Origin: an uncultured Gammaproteobacteria bacterium
Lineage (GTDB): Bacteria; Patescibacteriota; Patescibacteriia; Patescibacteriales; UBA12465
Reading direction: 5' to 3'
DNA: 64,000 nucleotides
Assembly: GCA_964616855.1 (NCBI GenBank)
Contig: CAZTUJ010000002.1
Location: 10,196-74,195, forward strand
The notes beneath the pieces are model-generated. The model did no database searches. It saw nothing but the letters and a program-made list of their open reading frames with translations, and was not told the origin of the DNA. Positions 34,742 through 43,673 of this stretch are shown here, one piece after another. The translations under genes and the position numbers were made by a program. Every line of letters starts with the position of its first letter. Positions within the stretch are counted from its first letter, which is position 1.

Positions 34742-35713
34742 TTAGCGTTTGCGCTGGAAGATTCGCTCCAGTTTGCTGCGCCCTTTTTTCTCTTGCAAAT
34801 GCAGGTAGAGCCCGGTCCAGGCGGAGATTTGAAAGCTGTTTAAGATGGAGGCGGCGACAATCATGGTGCTGATGGTAAGGATGAAGCTGAGAGCGGTAAG
34901 GATGGGGGCGTATATTTGGAGAGATAAAATCAAGAGCGGCAAGAAGAAGAGGAAGATGGCAGCGATGGTTACAACACCGACGGCAAAATTGATTAAAAAG
35001 AGGAGGAGGGCCATTTCCAAACTGACCAGCCAGTTTTTTTGGAAAAGATTTAAGCCTTTAGCAATTGAAGATACAAAACTTCGGCCTTCTAAGACGCGAG
35101 CGGCAATGGCATATTTAATGATAAGAGCAATGGATAGAGAGATGGGTACGAAAATTATGAAGAGTAAAGTGTAGGCTAGGGCTAAGGCGGCGGTATCAGT
35201 AATTAATAAGAAAACTAAGGGTAAGCTGATAATAAAGAAGCTGAGGGTAATAACAATATTGTTAGTGATATTTAAAGCCAGTACTCTCCAAAAATGTTTG
35301 CGACCAGCCAGCAAGCCTTCGCTGATACTTAAATCTTCTCTTTTCTTTTTACTAAGAATGATGCGAGCGCTTTGTTCAACTAAAGCCGCTTGGGAAGTGA
35401 TGGCTAAATAGGCCATGACTACCACTAAGGCTAAGACTAAGAAAGCAACGCTGAGAATTGACCATAGGAGAGACGGGTTTGTAGAGGCTAGTTGGTGTAT
35501 CCCCTGGTAGAAGTTGGGATCGAAGAGACTGTAAAAGATGAAGAAGCCAGTGCTGACAAAGCTTCCTCCCGGATTATTATTCAATCCTTGAGCAATAATC
35601 TGGTACTCTCCACCAATTGCCGTTAAAGAGGCAAAGATTCCGAAGAACCAAAGGTGGCGATAACGCTTGGTGATGTTCCAAGCTTGTTTGAGAAAAAAGC
35701 GGTAGGAGAACAT
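34742..35713 (-). CDS. Multi-pass membrane protein, unknown function
   Basis: 323 aa with about 6 TM helices, 77 nt upstream of the PilB-like gene on the same strand. Confidence 0.5.
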   Translation of the reverse strand: MFSYRFFLKQAWNITKRYRHLWFFGIFASLTAIGGEYQIIAQGLNNNPGGSFVSTGFFIFYSLFDPNFYQGIHQLASTNPSLLWSILSVAFLVLALVVVMAYLAITSQAALVEQSARIILSKKKREDLSISEGLLAGRKHFWRVLALNITNNIVITLSFFIISLPLVFLLITDTAALALAYTLLFIIFVPISLSIALIIKYAIAARVLEGRSFVSSIAKGLNLFQKNWLVSLEMALLLFLINFAVGVVTIAAIFLFFLPLLILSLQIYAPILTALSFILTISTMIVAASILNSFQISAWTGLYLHLQEKKGRSKLERIFQRKR

Positions 35714-35830
35714 AAAATTGTGTTAATTTAGCTAATATAATAAAGCTAAAACCTTAACCATTTTCAATTGAAAAATTCGGCTAGGTTTGCTACTATTATA
35801 ACATATTTAATAAATTATTACCAAGCATTT

Positions 35831-37060
35831 ATGCCTAAAGCACAGATTGACCAGCAAGCTATCGGGGAAATTTTAGAGAGAGGCGTTGAAAAAATTTATC
35901 CCGGACGGGCGGAATTAGAAAAAAAACTCAAAGCGGGTCAGGTTTTGCGTTTATATTGTGGCTTTGACCCCAGTGCTAATTCCTTGCATGTTGGTAATGC
36001 TATTGCCTTGGCTAAACTGGCACAATTTCAACGCTTAGGGCATAAGGTTATCTTTTTGGTCGGTGGCTTTACGGGGATGATCGGTGATCCTACGGGCAAA
36101 GGGACGGCGCGGAAAAAATTGAGCAGAGAAGAAGTAACAGCAAATTCTTTAAATTTTCAAAAGCAAGCCGCGGCTTACCTTGATTTTACCGGTAATAATC
36201 CGGCAGAAGTAAAATATAATAATGATTGGCTGGATCAGCTTAGCTTTAAAGATTTAATTGAGCTTTCTTCTCATTTTACGGTTCAGCAAATGATTCAGCG
36301 CGATATGTTCCAGAAACGTTTAGAAGAAGAAAAGCCAATTTTTCTGCATGAATTTTTATATCCTCTCGCCCAAGCTTATGATAGCGTGGCCTTAGATGTT
36401 GACGTTGAAGTCGGCGGCAATGATCAGATGTTTAACATGATGTGCGGTCGAGATTTATTGAAGACGACAAAGAATAAGGAAAAAAGCGTCTTGACCATGA
36501 AATTATTAACTGATAGTGAGGGCAAGAAAATGGGTAAGAGCGAGGGCAATATTGTCTTTTTAAATGAAAAAGCAGAGGATATGTATGGTCAAGTAATGTC
36601 TTGGCCGGATGGTGTTTTAGCTTCCGCTTTTGAACTCTGTACTTTTATTCCCTGGGAGGAAGCTAAAATTTTAGGCCTTAGTCTTAAAGAAGATAAAGCT
36701 AATCCGCGTGATCTGAAGATGCGCTTAGCTTTTGAGATTACCAAGATTAATCACGGTGAGCAGGCAGCCACGGCAGCCCAGGATTATTTTATTCGGACAG
36801 TTCAAAATAAAGAAATGCCTACAGATATTGAATCGAAAAGCTTGGCCGCTGGTCAGTATAAGGTTATTGATCTTGTAGTTGCTCTTGGCTTAAGTGCTAG
36901 CCGGAGTGAAGCTCGACGTTTAATTGAACAAGGGGGAATTAAAATCGGTTTTGGCCAAGATTTAGTCGCTATTGATGATAGCCAAGAGGAGCTTGAAGTT
37001 AAATCAGGATTAATTGTTCAACGTGGGAAGAGACAGTTTATAAAAATTACTACGGTTTAA
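35831..37060 (+). CDS. tyrS: Tyrosyl-tRNA synthetase
   Basis: HIGH-type motif (SLHVGN), KMGKS and a C-terminal S4-like domain. ATG at 35831; the track TTG 35768 extension is unsupported. Confidence 0.9.
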   Translation: MPKAQIDQQAIGEILERGVEKIYPGRAELEKKLKAGQVLRLYCGFDPSANSLHVGNAIALAKLAQFQRLGHKVIFLVGGFTGMIGDPTGKGTARKKLSREEVTANSLNFQKQAAAYLDFTGNNPAEVKYNNDWLDQLSFKDLIELSSHFTVQQMIQRDMFQKRLEEEKPIFLHEFLYPLAQAYDSVALDVDVEVGGNDQMFNMMCGRDLLKTTKNKEKSVLTMKLLTDSEGKKMGKSEGNIVFLNEKAEDMYGQVMSWPDGVLASAFELCTFIPWEEAKILGLSLKEDKANPRDLKMRLAFEITKINHGEQAATAAQDYFIRTVQNKEMPTDIESKSLAAGQYKVIDLVVALGLSASRSEARRLIEQGGIKIGFGQDLVAIDDSQEELEVKSGLIVQRGKRQFIKITTV

Positions 37061-37062
37061 TT

Positions 37063-38751
37063 ATGTATTTATCCGATTTAAAAGGTAAAATTGCTTCTTT
37101 ATTGGGGGTTGACCCTCTGGATTTTGTTTATCCCCCTTTACCAGAGTTGGGAGATTTAAGTTTGCCTTTATTTAATCTAGCTAAGAGCCAGGGAAAAAAT
37201 CCGGCCCTTTTAGCGCAGGAGCAGGCGGAGATTATGGCCAATCTTCCTGAGGGTCCAGATTTATTTTTGAGCGTTAAAGCGGTTGGTCCTTATTTAAATT
37301 TTTTCTTAGCTCCGGCTGCTTTTTTGCAGGGAACAATTAGTGACATACAGCAGGCTGGCAAAAATTTTGGCAGTTCTAAGGCTGGTCAGGGTCAGAGGGT
37401 CATGCTGGAATATTCCAATGCTAATACCCACAAAGAATATCACGTTGGTCACCTCCGTAACTTATTCTACGGTGACGCGGTTCAGAAGACCTTACAATTT
37501 AATGGCTATCAGGCGATTCCGGTTTCTTATATTAATGATTTCGGTATCCACGTCGCGAAGACGCTTTGGAACTGGCAGCGCCATCCAGAGTATGCTCAGG
37601 CTTCTGGTCCTAAGGGAAAATTGTTGGGTGATTGTTATAGCACCGCTAATCAGAATATTGGGGATAGTCAAGAAGCTAAAGCGGAGGTGAGCGCCACTAT
37701 GAAGGCAATTGAAAGTCGGCAAGGGGAAATTTATGAACTTTGGCAGGAGACTAGAAAGTGGAGTATTGCCTATTTTGACGAAATCTATCAGCGTCTTGGT
37801 ATTAAATTTGAACACATCTTTTATGAAAGCGAAGTCATCGCCGACGGCTTGAAAATTACCGAAGAATTATTAGCGCGAGGGGTGCTTATTAAAAGTCAGG
37901 GGGCGATAATTGCTGACTTAGAGGCTTATAACCTGGGCGTGCTCCCGATTATTCGTTCGGATGGCACCGCTCTTTATCCGGTAGCCGATTTAGCGCTAGC
38001 TAAATTAAAGTTTGTGGACTATAAACTGCAGGAATCTGTTTACATTGTCGACATTCGGCAAGGTCTTTATTTTAAGCAATTAGCAAAAATTTTTGAATTA
38101 GCCGGTGAAAAATTTAAAATCAGTCATCTCGGCTATGATTTTGTGACTCTAAAGAACGGCATGATGTCTTCGCGTAGCGGCAATGTTATTACCTATGACC
38201 AATTATTTACCGAAGCTTTAACCCGGGCACAAAAAGAAGTGTCAAGCCGTCATCAAGATTGGAGCGAAGAAAAAATCCAAGGGGTAGTAGAAAAATTAGC
38301 GATTGCTGCCTTAAAGTTTGAGATGTTGAAGGTTAGTGCTGACAAGGTGATTACTTTTGATATGAATGAAGCCTTGCGCTTTGACGGCTTTACGGCCGCC
38401 TATCTCCAATATACGGGTGCGCGCTTGGCCAGTTTAGTGCGCAAGTCAGCAGTTATCTCTAGTTCTCTTGATTATCAGCTTTTAGCTCATCCCAAAGAAT
38501 TAGCCCTAGCCTTATGTTTACAACGTTTTCCGGAAATTATTTTAAAGGCAGGCGAACAGCGCGATGTTTCCGTAATTGCCCGTTATTTGTTTGAGTTAGC
38601 TCAGGCTTTTAATGATTATTATCATGAAGTTCCGGTTTTGAAAGCGGCCGCACCTTTGGCGGCCGCACGTTTAGCTTTATTGGCTTCAGTGCGTCAAGTT
38701 TTAGAAAATGGTTTTGATCTGCTCGGTTTATCTTATTTGGAAGAAATGTAG
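37063..38751 (+). CDS. argS: Arginyl-tRNA synthetase
   Basis: HVGHLRN motif and a DALR anticodon-binding C-terminus ending in EEM. 2-nt gap from tyrS. Confidence 0.9.
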   Translation: MYLSDLKGKIASLLGVDPLDFVYPPLPELGDLSLPLFNLAKSQGKNPALLAQEQAEIMANLPEGPDLFLSVKAVGPYLNFFLAPAAFLQGTISDIQQAGKNFGSSKAGQGQRVMLEYSNANTHKEYHVGHLRNLFYGDAVQKTLQFNGYQAIPVSYINDFGIHVAKTLWNWQRHPEYAQASGPKGKLLGDCYSTANQNIGDSQEAKAEVSATMKAIESRQGEIYELWQETRKWSIAYFDEIYQRLGIKFEHIFYESEVIADGLKITEELLARGVLIKSQGAIIADLEAYNLGVLPIIRSDGTALYPVADLALAKLKFVDYKLQESVYIVDIRQGLYFKQLAKIFELAGEKFKISHLGYDFVTLKNGMMSSRSGNVITYDQLFTEALTRAQKEVSSRHQDWSEEKIQGVVEKLAIAALKFEMLKVSADKVITFDMNEALRFDGFTAAYLQYTGARLASLVRKSAVISSSLDYQLLAHPKELALALCLQRFPEIILKAGEQRDVSVIARYLFELAQAFNDYYHEVPVLKAAAPLAAARLALLASVRQVLENGFDLLGLSYLEEM

Positions 38752-38795
38752 TCTGCCAATATTTTAATTTTATTCAATAATTATTCTTAAAAGAT

Positions 38796-40169
38796 ATGGA
38801 ATCAAACGAAGTTAATGAACAGCTGATGGAAAAGATTGTTTCTTTAGCAAAGCGGCGGGGCTTTATTTTTCCGGCTTGTGAGATTTATGGCGGCTTTGGT
38901 AGTAGCTATAGCTATGGTCCTTACGGCTTAGCCTTAAAGAATAATATTAAGGCTCTCTGGTGGCGCCGTTTTGTTAGTAATCGCGATGAAGTTTATGGCA
39001 TTGATGGCCCGATTATTCTCCACCCGCGTTTGTGGCAAGCCAGTGGTCATACGGATGGCTTCAACGACGCGATGGTGGATTGTAAGAAATGTAAAAAGAG
39101 ATTTCGAGCTGATCATATTGTCGAAGAAGCGACCGGCGAAGATCTTGAGGGTGACTTAGATAAGTTAAACGCCGCTTTAACTGGTATTGCTTGTCCGGCT
39201 TGCGGGGCTAAAACTTGGACCGAAGCCCGTTTCTTGAGCTTGATGTTTAAGACGGAGATGAACGGTGTTGCCGAAGCGGTTTATCTACGTCCAGAAACGG
39301 CTGGCGCCATTTTTGTAGAATTTAATAACATCCTAGATACGATGCGACCGAAGTTGCCTTTTGGTATCGCTCAAATTGGTAAGGCTTTCCGTAATGAAAT
39401 TGTGACTGGGAATTTTATTTTCCGCGTGCGCGAGTTTGAGCAGATGGAAATTGAATATTTTTTCGATCCGGAACAGGATTGGCAGGAGTTATTTGAATAT
39501 TTATTATCCGAACAGGAAGCTTTCTGTTTAGATTTAGGATTGTCCGCCTCTTCTCATCGTCGCTACGAGCACCCTCAGGAGAAGTTGTCTCATTATTCTA
39601 AGAAGACCGTTGATATTGAATATAATTTTCCTTTTGGCACCAAAGAACTTTTTGGCTTAGCTCATCGTGGTGATTTTGACTTAAAGAAGCATGCGGAATT
39701 TTCCGGGCAGAAGTTAGAATATTTTGATCAACAGGCCGCTCGTCGTTTTGTTCCTCATGTTTTAGAGCCGACTTTTGGTGTTGATCGCGCCCTTTTGGCC
39801 ACTTTACATGCTGCTTACAAGGAAGAGAAGCTAGAGGGCAATGAAGAGCGGGTAGTTTTAGCTTTGCCTTTTGCTTTAGCTCCGGTTAAAGTAGCCGTGT
39901 TCCCACTGTTGAAGAATAAGTCGGAGCTAGTGGCAAAAGCCCGGGAGATATATAACGATTTGCGTCCTTTATTTGCTTGTGAGTTTGATGATAATGGCAA
40001 TATTGGCAAGCGCTATCGTCGTCAGGATGAAATCGGCACCCCTTTTTGTTTGACGGTTGATTTTGATACTTTAGAAAATGGAGAAGTGACGGTGCGCGAT
40101 CGGGATAGTATGCAGCAGGTAAAAATAAAAGCAGATGAGATTAAAAGTTTTTTTCAAGGAAAGTTTTAA
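38796..40169 (+). CDS. glyQS: Glycyl-tRNA synthetase (dimeric class II type)
   Basis: KRRGFIFPACEIYGG start, class II motifs and an anticodon-binding C-terminus, 457 aa. Confidence 0.9.
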   Translation: MESNEVNEQLMEKIVSLAKRRGFIFPACEIYGGFGSSYSYGPYGLALKNNIKALWWRRFVSNRDEVYGIDGPIILHPRLWQASGHTDGFNDAMVDCKKCKKRFRADHIVEEATGEDLEGDLDKLNAALTGIACPACGAKTWTEARFLSLMFKTEMNGVAEAVYLRPETAGAIFVEFNNILDTMRPKLPFGIAQIGKAFRNEIVTGNFIFRVREFEQMEIEYFFDPEQDWQELFEYLLSEQEAFCLDLGLSASSHRRYEHPQEKLSHYSKKTVDIEYNFPFGTKELFGLAHRGDFDLKKHAEFSGQKLEYFDQQAARRFVPHVLEPTFGVDRALLATLHAAYKEEKLEGNEERVVLALPFALAPVKVAVFPLLKNKSELVAKAREIYNDLRPLFACEFDDNGNIGKRYRRQDEIGTPFCLTVDFDTLENGEVTVRDRDSMQQVKIKADEIKSFFQGKF

Positions 40170-40200
40170 GAGTAGATCAGTTTACAATAATATTTTTTCC

Positions 40201-40225
40201 AAAGAGAGCCGCTGGCTCTTTTTTG
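40201..40225 (+). terminator. Rho-independent terminator of glyQS
   Basis: agagcc/ggctct stem followed by T6. Confidence 0.65.
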
Positions 40226-40254
40226 GTGCTTGTTAATTTTTTTTCGAAAAACTA

Positions 40255-40283
40255 TTGCTATAAAATAAGAGAGGGAGTATAAT
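40255..40283 (+). promoter_or_regulatory. Sigma70-like promoter of the Lys-rich protein gene
   Basis: TTGCTA, 17-nt spacer, then TATAAT. Confidence 0.55.
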
Positions 40284-40376
40284 AATAGTATTAAGTTAAA
40301 AATTATTTTTAAAAAGATTATTTTAATTTTTTTAAAAAATATAAATGGGAAATTTCCCAGAAAGGAGGTGAGTAAT

Positions 40377-40559
40377 ATGGCTACTGCAAAAAAAGCTGTT
40401 AAAAAAATCGTTAAGAAGGTTGCCAAGAAGACCGTCAAAAAAGCGGTGAAGAAGGTTGTGAAGAAAGCTGCTAAGAAGGCGACCCCTAAGAAGACCGTCA
40501 AAAAAGCTGTGAAGAAGGTTGTGAAGAAAGCTGTGAAGAAGGTCTCCAAAAAGAAATAA
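40377..40559 (+). CDS. Lysine-rich histone H1/Hc-like basic protein (KKAVKK repeats)
   Basis: 60-aa ORF made almost entirely of K/A/V repeats. A strong SD GGAGG (40364-40368) lies 8 nt before the ATG. A 46-nt internal direct repeat is present. Confidence 0.65.
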   Translation: MATAKKAVKKIVKKVAKKTVKKAVKKVVKKAAKKATPKKTVKKAVKKVVKKAVKKVSKKK

Positions 40560-40591
40560 AACTTTTGTTTTATTGATTTTGAAAATTATAC

Positions 40592-40618
40592 AAAAGCCGC
40601 CCGTAAGGGCGGTTTTTG
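40592..40618 (+). terminator. Rho-independent terminator
   Basis: gccgccc/gggcggt stem with gtaa loop, followed by T5. Confidence 0.75.
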
Positions 40619-40682
40619 TATAGGGAGAGCCTTTATTTCCTTTTTAGTCTGGTCTTAAGGGCTGCGTGCTATTATTACTAGC

Positions 40683-41516
40683 ATGAAATTATTTTTTATT
40701 TTATTAATTAGTTTTTCTCTTATTATAATCTGGACTTCCCTTGAGCGTTTTTCTGCACGAGCGGAAGTAGTTTTTTTTGATGTCGGCCAAGGTGATTCTT
40801 TTATTCTAAAAACCCCGACAGGTAAATTAATTTTAGTTGACGGTGGCCCTGACTGGTCGACTCTTTTTGGTCTTGGTCAATATTTGCCTTGGCAGAAGCG
40901 GACAATTGATTTGCTTATTCTCAGCCATAGCCACGAGGATCATCTTTCCTCTTTGCCAGAAATTGCCAGGCGCTATCAAATTAAGCATGTTTTTCTGCCC
41001 GCTTCTTTACATGGCGCCGCCGCTGAGGAATTATTATTAGTCCTCGAAAATCAGGGGAGCACGATTATCTATCCTCAAGAGCCGGCTTGTCTGGATTTGG
41101 AAGCTGATTGTCGTTTATGTATTTTTCCGCCTTCTTCAGAATTTTTGTCGAGCAGTGACGAAAATGATTTTTCTTTGGCCGTTAATTTTATTTGTGATGG
41201 ATTGTCACTAGCGGCTACGGGCGATGCTGGCGTAAAAAGAGAGCAGAGTTTATTGGCTTCAGGTTTTATCCAGGCGGTGCAAATTTTAAAAGCTGCTCAT
41301 CATGGTTCGATTTCGGCTAATAGTCTAGAATTTTTACGGGCATTGGCCCCGGAGGTGATGGTGTTTTCGGTTGGAGAAAACAATCCCTATGACCATCCCA
41401 GCCCTGAAGTTATTAACAGGGCTGGGGCGGAAGGTATCGAAATTAGGTGTACAGATCAAGATGGTGAATTATTATTTTATTCTAATAATAGCGAATTATA
41501 TTTAAAAGATAACTAG
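40683..41516 (+). CDS. Stand-alone ComEC-type metallo-beta-lactamase domain protein with N-terminal TM
   Basis: VVFFDVGQGDSFIL, LILSHSHEDH and AAHHGS motifs. The ComEC competence channel domain is absent. Confidence 0.75.
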   Translation: MKLFFILLISFSLIIIWTSLERFSARAEVVFFDVGQGDSFILKTPTGKLILVDGGPDWSTLFGLGQYLPWQKRTIDLLILSHSHEDHLSSLPEIARRYQIKHVFLPASLHGAAAEELLLVLENQGSTIIYPQEPACLDLEADCRLCIFPPSSEFLSSSDENDFSLAVNFICDGLSLAATGDAGVKREQSLLASGFIQAVQILKAAHHGSISANSLEFLRALAPEVMVFSVGENNPYDHPSPEVINRAGAEGIEIRCTDQDGELLFYSNNSELYLKDN

Positions 41517-41551
41517 ATTGCTGGATTATTTTTTCCTTGTGGACAAAACGC

Positions 41552-41580
41552 TTGACAAAGTGTTTTTTACGTGATATAGT
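41552..41580 (+). promoter_or_regulatory. Near-consensus sigma70 promoter of an ncRNA
   Basis: TTGACA (41552-41557), 17-nt spacer, then TGaTATAGT (41572-41580). Confidence 0.6.
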
Positions 41581-41586
41581 AATTGG

Positions 41587-41755
41587 TTGCTTAAAAAGAT
41601 AAAGGCCGTTTGAAACGGGTCAGGCACGACAAGCATGGGGACTTTCTTACTAGGGTTTTTTGGGCCTACCATTACCGCTTTAAGGCGTTAGTGGTGGGCT
41701 CGGCAATTCCTAGAAGAAATTTTCTTGCCTACCCGTTTGAGACGGTCTTTTTTAT
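41587..41755 (+). ncRNA. Rod-shaped structured ncRNA (6S-RNA-like architecture; identity unproven)
   Basis: It has its own promoter. The closing helix 41603-41625/41727-41748 is about 22 bp, the middle helix 41642-41654/41709-41720 and the apical helix 41664-41678/41685-41699. An asymmetric internal loop reads ACGACAAGCAU. It ends in T6. No ORF is present. Confidence 0.55.
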
Positions 41756-41787
41756 TACCAGAACCATTTTCTTATTTTTATTTTAAA

Positions 41788-41819
41788 ATAAAAGACCTCG
41801 CGATTGCGAGGTCTTTTTT
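41788..41819 (-). terminator. Rho-independent terminator of the VanW gene (bidirectional shape)
   Basis: agacctcgc/gcgaggtct 9-bp stem with A/T flanks. Confidence 0.75.
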
Positions 41820-41833
41820 GTAATCAAGGTAAT

Positions 41834-43663
41834 TTATTCAGTGGTGCTGGTCGCGGTGCTGGGAATGGTAGTGCTAGCGGTACTAGTGGCAGCACTTGAG
41901 CTAGCGGTTTTTCCGACTAAGCAGACTTCTTGCCAGGGAACATAGTGGGAACTAAAGCGTCGAGTTTGTTCTAGAGGTGAGGAAGTCGCCCCCTCGGGAT
42001 AGATGACGGTATAGTCGAAATAGGCGTCGGCCCCATTATGCGCTCTTTCGGTGCACTTTTTTTCGCCTGGCTTTAAGTCTTCGGTTTCAATTATCTTTGT
42101 GTCCGCCGGTTTGACGATGTTATAGACCACAGGGGTAGTGGTGGTGACGAGGCGTCCATCTTTTGTTCCCCAGAAGTCAAAATAGACATCATCTTTTTCT
42201 ATCCTGCTCTGGATGAGAATGCTTTTGTTAGTATCATTAACGAAGCGGACATCGGGGGAGGGATCATAAATTGCCGCATCTGTCCCCGCCGGCTCGTAAT
42301 AGGAAACGCGGTAAGAGTGGTTACGTCGGGCGGTAATGGGTAAACCTGAACCAACGGCAGCTCGGAAGACAGTTGTACCAATTTGGCAAAGACCGCCGCC
42401 ATATTCAGGGATGGTTTTATTGCCCTTAATTACTAATTCGGGCAAATAGCCGGCAGCGGCATCAATTTCCCCTAAAGCGGTAACTAAAGAAAATTCTTCT
42501 CCTGGCCGAATTACTAAACCGTGGACAGCGGCTGCTCCGACAGCGATATTGTGGCGACGATTTTTAGGCGAGCCGGCAAAGTTGGAGTGGCCAGTGCCAA
42601 CGATTTCTTTAATATCAAAGTCTTCAGCCGCAGCGGGAGGAGTTATTTTGCTGATTAGTTCAACATTCTTCTCTTTTACCTCGGTATTTTTATAGGTTTC
42701 AATAATAACCTGAGCGCTACTGGTAGCATCTAGTTCGTAGCCGTCAGTCCCTAGTTGCCAGCTGGACACTTTATTATCTTTAATTTCGAAGCGCGGGTCT
42801 TGGGGGGCAACATTAATTATTGGCGCTATTTTTTCGTTGAGGTATTTAGCTACTCGCTCAGAGTTAAAATCAAGTTTTAATTTTTCTCCCTCTTTTTTCA
42901 CTGACAGCCAAGAAGATATTTCTTCACGGCTAACGGGCCAGCTTTTATCTTTGAAATTTAATTTTAAAGGAGTGGCACTGAGGGCGCTGGCTTCCTGCTC
43001 TAAACCTTTTAAATCACGGCTATAGATAGTCGGGTATTCAGTCTTGGTTTTTATTGTAATGGGGCTATTATCTAAAGCCGCCAATTTTTGTTCGATGTTT
43101 TGAAATAATTCTTCCCAATCTACGGTTTTTCCCGGTCGCTCGGTACTGATTTCAATCTTTTTATCAGTGAAAGTAAAAGCGGCATCGACGGCGGGGTTAA
43201 GGCTGGCGGGAAAAGCCTCAGTGAGTCTATCTTTAATATTATTTTTTTCTAAAGAGAAGCTGGCAGGGATTATAATGCTAGGGCTTCCTTGCAGTCGCCA
43301 CCACCAGCGTCTGATCGGTCCTGGTCGTCTTTGGTTTTGGAGAGCGCTGGCGATTTGATCGGGATTATAGTGGAAGTTAGGACTGGCCATATCAGCATCA
43401 AAAGAGACTTCAGTGGCACTGAGATTAAAGTTATCACCACCATAATTAAAGCTAAGGCCTTCAGTCTCTATTTTTTGATAGCGCGCTTGTATCTGCGCCA
43501 TTGCCTCTTCCGTGCTTAGCCCACTAATATTAACCGTCCCTACATAAAGGCCGTCGCGTAGGTTTTGATTAGGGCTTTGTCGGTATTCAAAGAAGACGAC
43601 TAAAAACAAAAAAACCACCAATACGGCGATCGTGGCGATTATGATTATTTTCGGTTTTTTCAT
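41834..43663 (-). CDS. VanW family protein, membrane-anchored
   Basis: VanW core GGGLCQIGTTVFRAAVGSGLPITARRNHSY. TM after ATG 43663 (MKKPKIIIIATIAVLVVFLFLVVF). Ser/Thr/Ala-rich tail. Confidence 0.8.
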   Translation of the reverse strand: MKKPKIIIIATIAVLVVFLFLVVFFEYRQSPNQNLRDGLYVGTVNISGLSTEEAMAQIQARYQKIETEGLSFNYGGDNFNLSATEVSFDADMASPNFHYNPDQIASALQNQRRPGPIRRWWWRLQGSPSIIIPASFSLEKNNIKDRLTEAFPASLNPAVDAAFTFTDKKIEISTERPGKTVDWEELFQNIEQKLAALDNSPITIKTKTEYPTIYSRDLKGLEQEASALSATPLKLNFKDKSWPVSREEISSWLSVKKEGEKLKLDFNSERVAKYLNEKIAPIINVAPQDPRFEIKDNKVSSWQLGTDGYELDATSSAQVIIETYKNTEVKEKNVELISKITPPAAAEDFDIKEIVGTGHSNFAGSPKNRRHNIAVGAAAVHGLVIRPGEEFSLVTALGEIDAAAGYLPELVIKGNKTIPEYGGGLCQIGTTVFRAAVGSGLPITARRNHSYRVSYYEPAGTDAAIYDPSPDVRFVNDTNKSILIQSRIEKDDVYFDFWGTKDGRLVTTTTPVVYNIVKPADTKIIETEDLKPGEKKCTERAHNGADAYFDYTVIYPEGATSSPLEQTRRFSSHYVPWQEVCLVGKTASSSAATSTASTTIPSTATSTTE

Positions 43664-43673
43664 AGCGGTATGC

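Noticed and set aside
40425-40533. 46-nt direct repeats considered as a possible CRISPR-like or tandem-repeat array.
   Set aside because: There are only two copies. They are in frame inside a coding repeat (KKTVKKAVKKVVKKA) with no spacer-repeat periodicity. No CRISPR array or cas gene is seen anywhere in the window.
40166-40549. 127-aa minus-strand ORF rich in FFT/FLT repeats.
   Set aside because: It is the antisense shadow of the KKAVKK repeat gene. It has no start-site signals and reads through the glyQS terminator and the promoter region, whereas the plus-strand gene has a strong promoter, SD and terminator.
41603-41748. Possible SRP (4.5S) RNA, because of GGUCAGG....AAGCA similarity to the domain IV consensus.
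   Set aside because: The matching segment does not sit in an apical helix closed by a GNRA/GGAA tetraloop, and the real apical loop is UUUAAG. The symmetric and asymmetric loop pattern of helix 8 is absent. It is kept as an unclassified or 6S-like ncRNA instead.
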